Shown in pieces: positions 38,573 through 51,778 of a DNA stretch of 64,000 bases (position 1 is its first letter; the number at the start of each line of letters is the position of its first letter). The position numbers and the translations under genes were made by a program. Below the pieces are notes generated by a model. The model ran no database searches. It saw only the letters and a list, made by a program, of their open reading frames with translations, and had not been told where the DNA came from. Source of the stretch: Octopus vulgaris (Eukaryota); assembly GCA_951406725.2 (NCBI GenBank), contig OX597814.1, positions 6,944,001 through 7,008,000 on the forward strand. The letters are read 5' to 3'.

Positions 38573-38576
<4 letters not shown>
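38461..38576. repeat. 116-bp palindrome (55-bp arms, 6-nt loop)
   Basis: Arms 38461-38515 and 38522-38576 with 4 mismatches. Confidence 0.9.
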
Positions 38577-38650
<74 letters not shown>

Positions 38651-39499
38651 GTATGTATGTGTGTTTTCTTTGTTTAGAATCCAAACAGAAATATATTTCA
38701 CACCTTGATATCTTATTATCTCTGTTGTGATATCGCAGGTCTATGTTTGCAGTTGTCTATAGATAAATGTTTCCTCAGTCACTGAATGCTTTAAACATAA
38801 CAAAAAACGCACAGAAATTAAAGTTTTTCTCAAATAACCCACAGCTGTGAAGGATTTATGATGCCATCAGCCAGATTAAGTCAGTCAATAAGTTATAGGT
38901 GACAAAACCTATTTTCTTTCTGATATTTAGCATTAATTGGTGTCAAATAAGTCAGCAAATTAGACAATTAACAATCATTGAATGGGAAATTTTGAAAATT
39001 AGAAACATTTAATCTTAAAGAACAAAATAAAATTCTAAATTTGAAATGTGAATGTGAGTCGGCAGCTGAGAGAATGAGAGAGAAAATGAGGCCATAAAAG
39101 GTGGAATATGACAATGAAATATTATAAATAGGAGAGAAATATCCACCACTAGAGTAAAATATTTTATATAAGAATGAGATGTAAAATATCAGTGAGATAT
39201 TAAATGTGACAAGGAAATAAAAAGTGTGAGTGTGAAATATCAAATGTGATGAAAGAACATGAAACGTTGCGGCAGTTATACATTTGTACAGTGGTTTATG
39301 GCAGTGATCACCATTATGATTTAACGTCCAGCATCCATGCTGGTATGGGTTGGCTTGGTGTTGAAATGTCTACACTGAATGATATTAGAGGACAGACAGT
39401 TTGTAAAACTCAATGAAACGACAGAAACAGTAAAAGAAGATTGAATATAGAAGTATGATAAAAGTTTGTGATATCCTTAAATTAGGACATATTCCTTCC

Positions 39500-39735
39500 T
39501 ACACTAGGCACAAGACCCAAAATTTTGGGGGAGGGGGCCAGTCAATTAGATCGACCTCAGTACACAACTGATACTTAATTTATCAACTACAAAAGGATGA
39601 AAGGCAAAGTCAGCCTCAGTGGAATTTGAACTCAGAATGTAAAGACAGACGAAATACTGCTAAGCATTTTGGCCAACATTTCTGCTAACATTTTGGCCAA
39701 CATTTCTGCTAACATTTCTGCCAACTCACCGCCTT
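39500..39735 (-). mobile_element. SINE family D
   Basis: AAAGGATGAAAGGCAAAGTC..GGAATTTGAACTCAGAA..CTGCCAACTCACCGCC. Confidence 0.83.
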
Positions 39736-40601
39736 AAATCAGAACATATTGGCAGAAAATGGACTACAAACTTAAGAAATTAACAAAGAGAATTAAGAAT
39801 TGATTTTCATGAGTTGATATAAATCTTTTTGATATCTTTATTCCACTTTATATATTTCTAGAAAAATTCTAAACTATTTCAGAAATTAAAATGTTTCAAA
39901 TGTGAAAACAATTATATTTGTATTTGGCAAAATTAATTTCATAAAAATTAACTCTGCAATTATAATTTGCTGTTAAATATTTATTCTGATCACACTTTTT
40001 TCTATATACTTCTGTTTTATTTCAAACACGTTTTTCTTATCTGTCAAAACAAAATATAAAATAAAAAACAATGATTTAAAAGTACAGTTCCTCCATTAAA
40101 CTCTTCTCTCATCCTTCTCCGATGTCTTACAACAGCTGCTGGCCATAATTGATGATAAGAATCAGTGGACCAAATATCAAGCATTTGACTTCGTTATTCA
40201 GTGAAACTTTCATCTTGGAAGAAGAATCCACAAAAACATAAATATTTGTTTTATTTCATGTGTAGTCATGTATTATACAGACATAATTGAATATTATATT
40301 AGTCTGAGCTAAAATATGTGGAGGCACATGGCCTAGTGGTTAGAGCAGTGAACTCGTGGTAATTCTATATATTATAAATTTTTGTTAATATGTAATTCTA
40401 TATATTATAAATTTTTGTTAATATGTATTTCTATATATTATAAATTTTTGTTAATATGTAATTCTATATATTATAAATTTTTGTTAATATGTAATTCTAT
40501 ATATTATAAATTTTTGTTAATATGTAATTCTATATATTATAAATTTTTGTTAATATGTAATTCTATATATTATAAATTTTTGTTAATATGTATTTCTATA
40601 T

Positions 40602-42516
40602 AATAATAATAATAATAATAAAACATTGTGTACAGTGCTCAGATGCACTACAACTCATCTAAAGTGTATGTATAGTACATAGGGCAATGTACAAGCGTCA
40701 GGAAAAGAACAGTGCATGAGTCATGACATACACATATGTGTATGAGTATGGAAGGGGGACAATCAGGTGTAGTTTCGGCAGATTTCGGAAAGCATGAGGG
40801 TCTTAAAGGATGCAGTGTCGTGGCAGTCAACAACTGATGCAGGCAGTTTGTTCCATGCTTCAGCAACTCTGAGTGGGAAAAAATGTTTCCGAAAGTCATG
40901 GGAGCTGTGCTGTTTTCTGACTTTGTAGGCATGTCCACGTGTGTTGGACACATGGAGATCAAAAAGGTGTTCAGTGTTGTTGTTGTTGGTGAGGTGGTTG
41001 ATAACTTTGTGTGTGTTTACCAAGTCCGTCGCCAGACGCCGGAGCTTCAGTGAATCCATGCCCAGGGAAACAAGGCGCTCAGAGTATGGTAGGTGTCTGA
41101 TGGAGGGTATGCGTTTGGTTGCACGTCTCTGAACAGATTTCAGGAGGTCAATGTTCTGAGCAAGATAGGGTTTCCAAACTGATGATGCGAATTCCAAGTG
41201 TGGTCGTACCATAGCTGTATACAGCTTTAAATAGATGGCTGGAGAGCGGCTAACAAAAGTCTTGCTGAGTGATGCCAAGACACCCTCGGCCTTCTTGACA
41301 ATTTTAGAGATATGCTTTGTCCAACACAAATCACTGCTGACAGTGATGCCTAGGTAACGCTCACAAGAGGATTTCTTGATATCAGTGTTGTGGAGGGAGT
41401 ATGTGGACGCAGGGTTTTTTCTCCCAAAATGCATGATGGTACACTTGTCCACAGCCAGTTTCAGTTGCCAGTCTGTGATCCATTGCTGCATTGTGTCCAG
41501 GTCTGATTGCAGGTAAGAGTTGTAGACATCAGGATCTGTCCTCTTGATTTCAAGGTACAGCTTGATGTCGTCTGCATATTTCAATACTGTGGCATTCTTT
41601 AAATTGGCATCTATGTCATTAATGTATGCCACAAACAAGAGGGGACCAAGGACAGATCCCTGTGGTACACCCGATGATATCTCATATGGTGTAGAATGCT
41701 GTCCTAGAACTGTGACTACCTCCTTTCGGCTGAGAATGAAGGATTTCAACCAGTTAAAAAGATCATCCCTCACACCCATTGCAGAGAGTTTCACCATAAG
41801 CCTTTTGTGTGGCACAGAATTAAGAGCCTTAGCAAAGTCAAGGTAGACAATATCCACCCATGAGCCACTGTCAGTGATCTGAGTAATGTCCTCAAGGAAC
41901 TCGACAAGCTGATCACTGCAGCTGGAGTTAGGGACAAATCCATATTGTGAGGGTCGGATGAGACTGTGAGAGCTCCAGAAGTTCCAGAGTGTTTCTCTGA
42001 CACACGATTCCATCAGTTTTGCAATACAGCTAGTGAGACTGACTGGGCGATAGTTGACAGGTGATGTGCTGTCTCCCTTTTTGAACAGAGGAATGACACT
42101 GGCGGTTTTCCACTGCTCCGGAGTAGCACCATTGTTGAGACAGAACTGGAAAAAAATAGAAAGCTGGTGTAAAAGGAAGTACCTGCCACGTTTGAGAAGC
42201 AGGTATGTAACGCCATCAAGACCAGGGGAGGCATAGTTGTGCTTATTTTGAAGGTGACATCGTAGCATTGCAGGTGTAAATTCCATAGTTGTTATGGAAT
42301 TTGTTATTAGAGATGGTGAAGATGGTACATTTTGATTTTCAACAGTGAATATGCTTGCATAGCACTCAGCAATGAGTTCTGCGCATTCCTTGGGATCGTC
42401 AGTGATCTGGCTTGTGTGAGGGTTGCGAAGAGGGCCCACTGGAGAGTGAGGTCTCTGCTTCAAATGCACATATTTCCAGAAAACCTTGCTGTCAGGATTG
42501 GCTGCTATGCACTGTT
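40602..42516 (-). mobile_element. 5'-truncated CR1-clade LINE with 3'UTR and (TTA)n tail
   Basis: Contains the RT ORF below; tail at 40602-40620; same family as 17824-18337. Confidence 0.93.
40763..42469 (-). CDS. LINE ORF2 reverse transcriptase (RT and C-terminal domain; endonuclease missing)
   Basis: 568 open codons: PGLDGV, NYRPVSLTS, QYGF, YLDFAKA, GVPQGSVLGPLLF, YADD, YLGI, VRPHLEF, TRGH; start codon is not native. Confidence 0.85.
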   Translation of the reverse strand: MHLKQRPHSPVGPLRNPHTSQITDDPKECAELIAECYASIFTVENQNVPSSPSLITNSITTMEFTPAMLRCHLQNKHNYASPGLDGVTYLLLKRGRYFLLHQLSIFFQFCLNNGATPEQWKTASVIPLFKKGDSTSPVNYRPVSLTSCIAKLMESCVRETLWNFWSSHSLIRPSQYGFVPNSSCSDQLVEFLEDITQITDSGSWVDIVYLDFAKALNSVPHKRLMVKLSAMGVRDDLFNWLKSFILSRKEVVTVLGQHSTPYEISSGVPQGSVLGPLLFVAYINDIDANLKNATVLKYADDIKLYLEIKRTDPDVYNSYLQSDLDTMQQWITDWQLKLAVDKCTIMHFGRKNPASTYSLHNTDIKKSSCERYLGITVSSDLCWTKHISKIVKKAEGVLASLSKTFVSRSPAIYLKLYTAMVRPHLEFASSVWKPYLAQNIDLLKSVQRRATKRIPSIRHLPYSERLVSLGMDSLKLRRLATDLVNTHKVINHLTNNNNTEHLFDLHVSNTRGHAYKVRKQHSSHDFRKHFFPLRVAEAWNKLPASVVDCHDTASFKTLMLSEICRNYT

Positions 42517-44078
42517 CAAATATATTATAAATATATTCAAATATATTATAAATTTTTGTTAATATGTAATTCTATATATTATAAATTTTTGTTAATATGT
42601 AATTCTATATATAAATTTTTGTAAATATGTAATTCTATACATTATAAATTTTTGTTTATATGTAATTCTATACATTATAAATTTTGGTTAATATATATTT
42701 CTATATATTATAAATTTTTGTTTATATGTAATTCTATACATTATAAATTTTTGTTAATATGTAATTCTATATATTATAAATTTTTGTTAATATGTAATTC
42801 TATATATTATGAATTTTTGTTAATATATAATTCTATATATTATGAATTTTTGTTAATATGTAATTCTATATATTATGAATTTTTGTTAATATGTAATTCT
42901 ATATATTATGAATTTTTGTTAATATATAATTCTATATATTATGAATTTTTGTTAATATGTAATTCTATATATTATAAATTTTTGTTAATATGTAATTCTA
43001 TATATTATGAATTTTTGTTAATATATATTTCTATATATTATAAATTTTTGTTAATATGTAATTCTATATATTATAAATTCAGAGTTCTTTATGATAAAAG
43101 ATTAGCAGAATGCTAATCTTGTTAATGTGGTGAAGCAATGAAGCAGTGGTTGGTGTTATAATGTCAACAATGGATTAAGACAAAGAAGTAACAAAATGAC
43201 TAATTAAAAAGAATCTAATCTGGGATATTTGTTACTTTCTATTAAATGTTGAAGATTTAGTTTCATATATTTCTGGATTTGAAGGGGTTAAAATTTACCT
43301 GTAATTACAAATCTAATACTTCCTCTCTTTTAAAAAGGACGAGATTTCTCTTCTGCTTCCCCTATCATCATTTACCAATATTTCAAGGAAATATGATGGG
43401 GCTCTTTTAGTTTTCTTGAATTTGTTAGTTCAATTATTCATACAAGTTTATAATTCCCGCTGACTTAGATATCATCCGTCATTCTAATAGAACTAAATAT
43501 ATTCTTCAAGACTTACAAACAGCTTTGAAATGGTAACAGTGTATTTACGTTTTCTTCAACAACTCAAAAAAAAGAAGGAATAAGAGAAGATAAAATTTCA
43601 TGAGAATTTACTGAAGAATAACAATGACATTTGTGAAGATCGTATATTATATATTTTCCCCAAAACAAATTGTTTGCAAACATAAAATGTCTCCAATCCT
43701 TCCTCCCTTTGTTTCATTCTTGAAAAACAAAAAAGAAAATTAAAGATCTTATAAGTATTTTTACCAATTTCTTTATTTGTAATATTTAACCTAAATATCA
43801 AACAAGTATTTAAATAAAATTTAACAAAGAAAACATCAACAAATAATAAATAAACTCTGAAGGAAGATGAAACAGGTCAGACGCAGCTAAAGAAAGGAAT
43901 AAAAACAGAGAAAAATCACTTCTGAATATAAAAAAAAACAAACTATTAAATGAATATTTCTGGCACAATTCAACATTTACAGATGTTTAAGATGCTTTCA
44001 TAACAACAACAACAACAATAATAATAATAACGACTATCATTATTGTTGTTATTTTCCTTATTATTAGTATTATCACCC

Positions 44079-44118
<40 letters not shown>

Positions 44119-44944
44119 CATTATCGATGTGTTTTGCATTCAGATGGTGTCCATTTGTTTGTTTTTGTGGGGTTAGAGGTTGAGGGTGAACGACTATCCT
44201 TTTTATTTTCTTCCCTCAAAACCTAAATTTTTCTTTAGATTCAAGTTCAAACAATTTCAGTTTTGATGTTTTCCATTTTCATTTCAATTGATTCTTTCAG
44301 TTCTGTGTTTACATAATAGGTTGTTGTTGTTGTTGTTGTGGTTATTGTTGTTGTTGTTTCCTATCTATGCACTCTTCAATTTTTTTTCTCATTTCCTTCA
44401 AGTCTGTTAGATGTTTAACAAAGAACAGCACTTTTGTGATTGCCTGGTCTCAAATTTGTATGTTTGTGTTGTGAGCATTTGTGTCTTAGAAGATGTGTGT
44501 GTGCGTGTATGTGTATGTGTGTATGTGTGTGTGATTGTGCATGTGCGCGTGTGCCTGTTTGTGTGTATGTGAAAATATGTGTTGATGCTCATGTGTCTGT
44601 GTAAGTTTTTGTTATGATAAAATTTCCCATCTTTTACGTTAATATCTGCTTTTTACATGCAGAAGAAGGTTTGACTATTAGGAAAGCTATCCCATGCGAT
44701 TAGTCTAAATGCACATATAATATTCATATGAACCGGTTGACTTAATTCCTCGTGTTACTAAAAGTTTTGTGGATGTGGAAAACTGTCCTCATCGTTAAAC
44801 ATCCGGAAGTAAAGGAGATGAACGTTCTTTCACATCCACAAAAGGTTAAGTGACATGAACAGCTAAGTCAATCTGTCACTCAATAAATACAACTCCAATT
44901 ATATGTATTGAGTGCTACTTCTATTTTTTTTGCTTGTTAATTTT

Positions 44945-45303
44945 GCTTCGCAGCCACATGGTTCCAGGTTCAATCTCATTTCGTAACACCTTGGACAAAT
45001 GACTTCTGTTATATCCTTGTGTCAACCAAAGCCTTGTGAGCAGATTTAGCAGATGAAAACTGAAAGAAGCCCATCATATACATATTTATGTGTGTGTTTA
45101 TTTGCGTCTCTGTTTGTCCTCCACCACTGCTTGATTGCTGGTGTTTCTGTGTTTACATTCCTACAACTTAGCAGTTCATCAAAAGAGATCAATAGATTAA
45201 GTGTCAGGATTAAAAAATATAATAGGGTCGATTTTTCTGGCTGAAATTCTTCAAGGCAGTGCCCCAGCATGGGCATAGTCTAAGGACTGAAACCAGTAAG
45301 AGA
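44945..45303 (+). mobile_element. SINE family A, diverged
   Basis: CCACATGGTTCC..AAAGCCTTGTGAG..AACTGAAAGAAGCCC..CCAGCATGG. Confidence 0.8.
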
Positions 45304-45341
45304 TATGGTGGAAAATTCTGGTAAACACCAGAATGGACATT

Positions 45342-45733
45342 TAGGTGCCGGTGGCACATAAAAAGCACCATCCGAACGTGGCCGATGCCAGCGCCGCTCC
45401 GACTGGCTTCTGTGCCGGTGGCACATAAAAAGCACCATCTGAACGTTGCCAGCGCCGCCTTGGCTGGCTTCCGTGCCGCTGGCACGTTAAAAGCTCCAAC
45501 CGATCGTGGCCGATGCCGGACCACCCCTGGCACCTGTGCAGGTGGCACGTAAAAAGCACCCACTACACTCGTGGAGTGGTTGGCGTTAGGAAGGGCATCC
45601 AGCTGTAGAAACTCTGCCAGATCAGACTGGATACTGGAGCAGCCTCTGGCTTCCCAGATCCCCGGTCGAACCAACCAACCCGTGCTAGCGCGGAAAACGG
45701 ACGTTAAACAATGATGATGATGATGATGATGAT
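45342..45733 (+). mobile_element. RTE 3'-tail copy with tandem UTR units
   Basis: GTGCCGGTGGCAC-containing units and (GAT)n end. Confidence 0.88.
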
Positions 45734-46191
45734 AAGCTTCAATGTTTGCAATTATTTGCAAGTCGGCACTGGAAGTTCCAAGAACTCTTTGATGCCTCAC
45801 TGCAATGGATTGAACCCCCGTTGCTCATTTCCGAATAAGCACAATGGGGAAACATACCAAGCAACTTAAATTCATACTGATGCTTATCTTAATTTTACCT
45901 TAACTAGTAGCACTGCTATGTACAGTAACCAACTGACCACAATACTGGCGCCCAGACTCATATTGCAGCAGAAGTCATACATCTAACTTCATTCTCATTC
46001 CATTTTCTGCACCAACCTTCTTCACATCGTTTCTTATTTTCTCACTGTCCAGCGTCCTTGCTCTTTAAAATATATATAACACACAAACAGAGTTTGAAAC
46101 ATCACTTGCTGATAGATGGCATATTTTATGAATATGCCTGTTCAAGTATCATAAAAACATGAAACTATTAGAAGTTCTTTTGGTTGTGTAT

Positions 46192-46226
<35 letters not shown>

Positions 46227-46239
46227 CACTATCACTATC

Positions 46240-46520
46240 AAATGACCGACCAGACCATCAGGTGTAGTTACACATCGCTGGTCACAATGCGTTCGCATTG
46301 TTTTAGCCTTCGAATGACACCACCCCGCTGGCTAAGTGAGCAGGCCGACAGAAGAAAGAGTGGTGAAAGAGTACAGCAGGGATCACCACCCCCTGCTGGA
46401 GCTCGTGGAGCTTTTAGGTGTTTTCGCTCAATAAATACTCACAACGCCCGGTCTGGGAATCGAAACCGCGATCCTGCGACCGCGAGTCCGCTGCCCTAAC
46501 CACTAGGCCATTGTGCCTCC
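46240..46520 (-). mobile_element. tRNA-headed SINE, family E head with tail Y
   Basis: Head TGGCCTAGTGGTTAGGGCAGCGGACTCGCGG..GGTTTCGATTCCC; tail GAAGGCTAAAACAATGCGAACGCATTGTGACCAG. Confidence 0.86.
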
Positions 46521-46564
46521 ACATACATACATATATATATATATCATCATCATCATCATCATCG

Positions 46565-46600
<36 letters not shown>

Positions 46601-46617
46601 GAGTGGCTGTGATATAG

Positions 46618-46780
46618 GCGTAGGAGTGGCTGTGTAGTAAGTAGCTTGCTTACCAACCACATGGTTCCGGGTTCAGTCCCACTGCATGGCACCTTGGGCA
46701 AGTGTCTTCTACTATAGCCTCGGGCTGACCAAAGCCTTGTGAGTGGATTTGGTAGACGGAAACTGAAAGAAGCCCATCGT

Positions 46781-46818
<38 letters not shown>

Positions 46819-47002
46819 ATGCTTGTGTGTCTATGTTTGTCCTCGCAACATCACTTGACAACCAATGCTGGTGTGTTTATGTCCCCGTAACTTAGTGGTT
46901 AGGCAAAAGAGAACGATAGAATAAGTACTAGGCTTACAAAAAATAAGTCCTGGGGTCGATTTGCTCGACTAAATGCGGTGCTCCAGCATGGCCACAGTCA
47001 AA

Positions 47003-47003
<1 letters not shown>
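46618..47003 (+). mobile_element. SINE family A
   Basis: Full head and body; tail runs into (GATA)n. Confidence 0.92.
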
Positions 47004-47440
<437 letters not shown>

Positions 47441-49277
47441 GTATGTATTTATATACACACATGAATAGGTTGTCTAAGAAATCATAAGTCAAAAAATAAA
47501 GCTCCTTGCATATTTGAGTATATTAATACTTATATAACACAGCCCTTCTTGTGTGCACATATATAATGTTTTATACATTTAAATATGTTTTCACTCAGTC
47601 CTAATATTTTCATTATCCTAAGTGGCCTGAATGTGTTCTGAATCTTTGATATAAATGAACAGTGAGTGCGAAAAATGAAGAACAATCATTTTTGAGTGGA
47701 GTCCCTTGTGATATTTCTTCTGCATTGTGTTACTAAAATGCTCCCTTCTGACTCTTACCAAAAATACAGTAAACAAATAAACCCAGTAGCACATCCAACA
47801 GCTCTGATGTTCACAAATTGCAATATAATGGATAAGAATATTCCATATTTCTGGATTTTTGCTGTGTATCTGCATCACCAAATATCATCTTTGTGTAGAG
47901 TTATTATAATCACTTCCTAATCCATTGCCTGAGGTTTCAATATCCACAGCTGTGGCAGTAATTTTGATGAGAAAGCAAAGTAAATCTACAACCTGTTTAG
48001 AATTAGTCTCCAAACTCAACAAAATCAAGGAAATATATGAGATTCCAATAAATTTTATTTTTCTCTCGTTACATATTTGTTTGTTTCTACTCGAACTAAT
48101 TAATATTCTAGGCTTTAGATATGTTCTCTACCATTTAAAATTATTTATCTATGTGGCTGGTGTGTTATAATTATTAAAAGAGAATTGGTTGGTTTGTTTT
48201 GTAGGTCAGCAACATGGCATTTAATTGCGATTCTATCAATACCATTAATCTTCCTGATCACAACTAAACTGTTTGAGACTTCCAACAAGATTACAACGAA
48301 ACCACAATTTATTTTTCATTCCATTTTGCCTGTCATTCCTCGAACTCTACAGAAATTCATTAAAACTTTTGCTTTTCAAATATATTCCGTTGTGTACCAC
48401 AGAAACTTTTACCATTCAAATATAATTCCATTTACCACACATGGAAATCAGTGAATATAAGAAATACCATATATTGAACATATTTATAAATAATTATTTT
48501 TAGAGCCAATAAACAGCTCAATGCTCATTAAATTTTAATCATCTGCCAGGTCAAAATACTGTGTGAAACTTTGGTATTGTATTATCTCAATTGGGAATCG
48601 GCCAATTATGTTGGATACCATCCAAAAATATTCTCTTTGATTTACAAATAATTTTCTTCAAACCTGCTACTTTCCATCAGTGAAAACCAATCAGTGACCA
48701 GGATTCATTATTTTAAAAGATTTTTATATACACTTCCTATATAAATATTTGATACACACTTTGATTTTTTACATACTTTTCATAAACATCTTTTATGCAT
48801 GGTTTCTCCACCTTTTTATATGCATCTTTTATATACCCTTTTGTATGTCTCTTTTAGACATACATCTATACACTTTTTATAACATAACAAAAGAAAAATA
48901 TTTTTGCTTAAACTATTTTATGAACAAAAAATACTAATAAAATACAAGAGAAAATCTATATTTCTACTTAAAACACTCTAAAATCAAACCTTCCAAGGAA
49001 CCAAATGAATATTTCCTGTTTTAAATCACAACATTTATTAGTTGCTTCTCTGATGCCAGGTTTAACATGAGAAACTCAGAAAGGAAAATAAAGAAAATTT
49101 GGTTACAAAGATTTCCTTTTATCTCTCTTTTTTTTTTTATAGAACACCATGAGGAAGCACCAGGACTTTTAGCAAAAGAACTATGTCAGCAAATTCCTTT
49201 ATCAAAGAGAAATGGTAAACTAAAGAATCAGTGTACCATTGACATAAACCCAATAATTACAGGGAGTAGCAAATTAT

Positions 49278-49648
49278 CATCATCGTCGTCGTTTAACGTC
49301 TGCTTTCCATGCTGGCATGGGTTGGACGGTTTGACTGAGGACTGGCAAGTCAGGAGGCTGCACCAGGCTCCAATCGGATTTAGCAAAGTTTCTACAGCTG
49401 AATGCCCTTTCTAATGCCAACCACTCTGAGAGTGTAATAGGGTGCTTTTTACATGCCACTGACACAGGGGCCAGTCAGGTGGTACTGGCATCAGCCACAC
49501 TTGAATGGTGTTTTTTACGTGCCACTGGCACAGGAGCTAGTCAGGTGGCATTGGCACCAACCATGCTTGTATGGTGCTTTTTTATGTGCCACCGGCATGG
49601 GAGCCACTCCAGCAGCACTGGCATCGGCCACACTCAAATGGTGCTTTA
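49278..49648 (-). mobile_element. RTE 3'-tail copy with tandem UTR units
   Basis: Shared 3'UTR core and units. Confidence 0.86.
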
Positions 49649-50994
49649 CATTTATTCTTCTTGATAAGTTTTTCAACAGTGAAGACATGGTGAGCACCAG
49701 TTCCAATCTAGTTGGTACATGAAAAAAAACCCAAAAAAACAGTGAAATATGAACAAGATGAAGAGAATGTCACTGTAGACCTAAGTTCCTTAGCAACAAA
49801 ATGAGCAGGAAAATGTGTGGGGTTGAGTTTTCTGTCAGCCTCCATAGTTATTAGAATGGCAAAGAGAATATGTATAGAGAGGGGCTACAATTTCATTATT
49901 ATTGTTTATTTTATTGATCCCAGGATGAAGCCCCTAGCTGGATGTGAACTAGTAATGTAAAGGAGCCCAAATCATTCCTGATCCAGGAGATACATATAAT
50001 CAAAGACGTTCCATGTAGTTTTAAACTTAGGATGTTTATGACTTCAAAGACGTTAAGGTGGGATTTGAGGGCCATTTGGCTGCTATATCTAGCAAATCTA
50101 CAATTGTACAGAGGCTCTTTCATTACTAGGTTAATTTTGTAGGTCACCACCATAATAATTTATAATTCCAAAATTCCAGGTCACCCAAATGAGAACACCT
50201 CTATGTGGTTGATAAAAACAGTAGCTAAATTCCTTTAACACCATAAAATTAAGGTAGTGCATGAAAAACATTACATGATGGTCATTTCTGGAATGTCTGC
50301 TTTATCAATGCTGATCTAGGGGTAAAGAACAACAATAACAAAGTCCTTGGTTACAAGGGATTTAGAGTGCCAACTGACAGGTGAAAGAGAGAGAAAGAGA
50401 AGTATCCTTAAACCAGAGATTTGGGTCAATTACTTCCAACGGAGAAAGAAGACCCTACTAAAGGCTGCCATGATGTCAGTTGGTGAAGGGAGAGGTTAAC
50501 TGGGCAACAGATGAAATTGTTCGACCAAGTAGGTCATGGTAGGATTGGAACTTAGAATGTAAAAAAGACAAGAGCAAATATTGGTTTCAAATATTGGTTT
50601 CAAGTTCAGTGAGAGTAAGTCAATTACATCGATAACTGGTCCTTATTAATCCTGTGTTGTGGAAGGACCCTGACCACCCTCACGTGGCCAAAGGTGGACT
50701 GTCGCAGGTTGACAGCATTGATCGTTCGTTTTGGATTACTGTGTTAGTTTAATGTTGTAGCTACGATTGGTGTAGTACAGAGTATGTACTGCGCAAACAT
50801 ATTAAGTACCAGTTATGTATTGGGGTCGATGTAATCAACTTAATCCCTTTGTCTGTCCTTGTTTGACCCCTCTATGTTTAGCCCCTTGTGGGCAATAACG
50901 AAATAAATGACCCCCCCCCTCACCTAAAATTAACAAGATATGGTGTCTGTATGTCATCATGTTTGATATGGGTAACAAAAGAAAGAAAATCTCT

Positions 50995-51778
50995 GCTTCT
51001 CAACCACATGGTTCTGGGTTCAGTCCCACTGTGTGGAACCTTGGGCAAGTGTCTTCTACTATAGCCTTGGGCTGACCAAAGCCTGGGGAGTGGATTTGGT
51101 AGACGGAAACTGAAAGAAGCCTGTCATATTGTTTTATTCTTCTATTCTTTTACTTGTTGCAGTCATTTGACTGTAGCCATGCTGGAGCTCTGCCTTTAGT
51201 CAAACAAACTGGCCCCAGGACTTATTATTTGTAAGCCTAGTACTTATTCTATCGATCTCTTTTGCTGAACCACCAAATTTCAGGGACGTAAGCACACCAG
51301 CATCAGTTGTCAAGCAATGGTGGAGGGACAAACACACATACATATACATACATACAACAGGCTTCTTTCAGTTTCCGCTTACCAAATTCACTCACAAGGC
51401 TTTAGTTAGCCTGAGGCTATAGCAAAAGACACCTGCTCAAGGTGCTACACAGTGAGACTGAACCTAGAACCATGTGGTTGGGAAGCGAGCTTCTTACCAC
51501 ATAGCCATGCCTGCATATATGTATGTATTTATGTGTGTGTGTGTGTGTGTGGGTGGGTGTGTGTGTTTGTCCCCCCCCCACCCCACCACAATCACTTGGC
51601 AACCGATGTTGGTGTGTTTACGTCTCTGTAACTTTGCAGTTCAGCAAAAGAGCTCAATAGAATAAGTACCAGGCTTACAAAGGATAAGTTCTGGAGTTGA
51701 CTACTTTGACTAAAACCCTTTGAGGCAGCAGTGCTCCAGCATGGCTGCAGTCAAATGACAGAAACAAATAAAAATACA
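50995..51778. mobile_element. SINE A (+) interrupted by an antisense SINE A (51135-51513)
   Basis: 5' half 50995-51129, complete minus copy, 3' half 51515-51778. Confidence 0.85.

Larger units (their letters stand above)
40359..43078. repeat. 33-bp AT-rich minisatellite split by a LINE (40359-40602 and 42518-43078)
   Basis: GTAATTCTATATATTATAAATTTTTGTTAATAT units on both sides of the LINE; begins directly after a 40-bp SINE-E head (40320-40360). Confidence 0.93.

Noticed and set aside
40136-40204. Candidate terminal exon LLAIIDDKNQWTKYQAFDFVIQ* after a pyrimidine tract
   Set aside because: Short, no recognised homology and no partner exons; cannot be supported without RNA data
43856-43882. 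Second hammerhead-like string CTGAAGGAAGATGAAACAGGTC
   Set aside because: Core does not fit CUGANGA and no convincing stem I or stem II
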